Virus record (IMG/VR): IMGVR_UViG_3300045988_019695
Span: 1-64,000 of that record
Reading direction: 5' to 3' (one strand)
DNA: 64,000 nt
From: a virus
The translations under genes and the position numbers were made by a program. Positions 63,356 through 64,000 of the stretch are shown piece after piece (position 1 is the stretch's first letter; the number at the start of each line of letters is the position of its first letter). The notes beneath the pieces are model-generated. The model saw only the letters and a list, made by a program, of their open reading frames with translations, did no database searches and was not told the DNA's origin.

Positions 63356-63429
63356 GAGTCTATGCAGGAGTCGAACCTGCTAACTATTCCCTTTGTATCG
63401 GGCCGTCTTTACCGTTTGACTAATAGACT
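63356..63429 (-). tRNA. tRNA-like gene, isotype undetermined
   Basis: AGTCTAT...ATAGACT acceptor, GTC/GAC D-stem, GG in D-loop, GCAGG-TTCGACT-CCTGC T-arm; weak anticodon arm CCC-GATACAAA-GGG. Confidence 0.6.
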
Positions 63430-63439
63430 CTAAAGGTGA

Positions 63440-63763
63440 TTACTTAGTACGAGTAATCCAATTCCATGCTCGCTTATACCAAGGCTTCTTAACCTTGTTC
63501 TCAACTCTAATAGCAGTACACTTTCTGTATACACCGCCATCATTTACGATTGCTGAACAATCCTCTGGCATAATATCCTTAAGTACAAGATCTGTAACAA
63601 TTGATGTAATTGTACAAATGTCATCATATGTAATCTTCATGCCATTCAAAATCTTCTGACCAACGAAGTTTCCTGCAATGTCTTCCATATTAACGGCATT
63701 AGTCATATCGATTGTATACTTAGGTCTCTTTACCTTGACTGTCTTCTTAATAGCTTTCTTCAT
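63440..63763 (-). CDS. Hypothetical protein (107 aa)
   Basis: MKKAIKKTVKVKRPKYTIDMTNAVNMEDIAGNFVGQKILNGMKITYDD..., TAA. Confidence 0.6.
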   Translation of the reverse strand: MKKAIKKTVKVKRPKYTIDMTNAVNMEDIAGNFVGQKILNGMKITYDDICTITSIVTDLVLKDIMPEDCSAIVNDGGVYRKCTAIRVENKVKKPWYKRAWNWITRTK

Positions 63764-63773
63764 AACTTAAATA

Positions 63774-64000
63774 TTAACATGATTCACAACAAACGTCTCC
63801 ACAACAAGCATCATCACAAACAAGGCTCTCAGACTTGCTCTTCTGCTTAGCTGCCCACTCTTCCTTTCTCTTCTGATCAGCAGCTTTAGCATTATCAATA
63901 GCCTTTAACCAATCTTCAGACTTAACTATCACAAAGTCTGCGCCGAGATCTTTGTCATAGAATGTAACAAGAATGTCGTTCTTCTTTGCATCTACTTCGA
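63774..64000 (-). CDS. Hypothetical protein with Cys-rich C-terminus (N-terminus beyond the right edge)
   Basis: ...DAKKNDILVTFYDKDLGADFVIVKSEDWLKAIDNAKAADQKRKEEWAAKQKSKSESLVCDDACCGDVCCESC, TAA. Confidence 0.6.
   Translation of the reverse strand, partial: EVDAKKNDILVTFYDKDLGADFVIVKSEDWLKAIDNAKAADQKRKEEWAAKQKSKSESLVCDDACCGDVCCESC

Noticed and set aside
1-64000. Temperate phage, plasmid or integrated element
   Set aside because: No integrase, repressor, partition or conjugation genes were recognised. The content is one-directional virion-module coding; lifestyle cannot be settled from this window alone.

Overview
This 64 kb window reads as part of a crAss-like (Crassvirales-type) Bacteroidetes phage genome that uses TAG as a sense codon, probably glutamine (translation table 15). 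All convincing genes are on the minus strand. The supplied six-frame track cuts them at in-frame TAG ('cta' on +). Rejoining collinear fragments that share a reading frame gives long ORFs ending at TAA or TGA. From high to low coordinate: a small Cys-tailed ORF; a 107-aa ORF; a tRNA cluster including an initiator-like tRNA-Met(CAT) and a likely CTA-anticodon suppressor tRNA; HNH endonuclease; dUTPase; two tail-fibre genes; a candidate small terminase; TerL; portal; a GIY-YIG endonuclease; a glucosaminidase-like gene; a further virion gene; candidate scaffold; a major capsid gene split by a group I intron carrying an HNH ORF; head-tail/ring genes; a large cassette of paralogous fibre/adhesin genes; a lysis cassette (DUF5675-like, holin, spanin-like); tail genes; a ~1531-aa muzzle-like protein; three cargo/ejection-type genes; and one enormous ORF (at least 5,416 codons, running off the left edge) with an HExxH motif, a DFDID RNA-polymerase-type motif and a C-terminal SF1 helicase. 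The main leads are the giant fusion protein, the unusual CTA tRNA (D-loop/T-loop elbow residues apparently swapped), the MCP intron, TAG-terminated HNH genes inside a TAG-recoded genome, and orphan tRNA 3' halves. Everything here is from manual reading. No database or folding program was run, and family names rest on recognised motifs and synteny.
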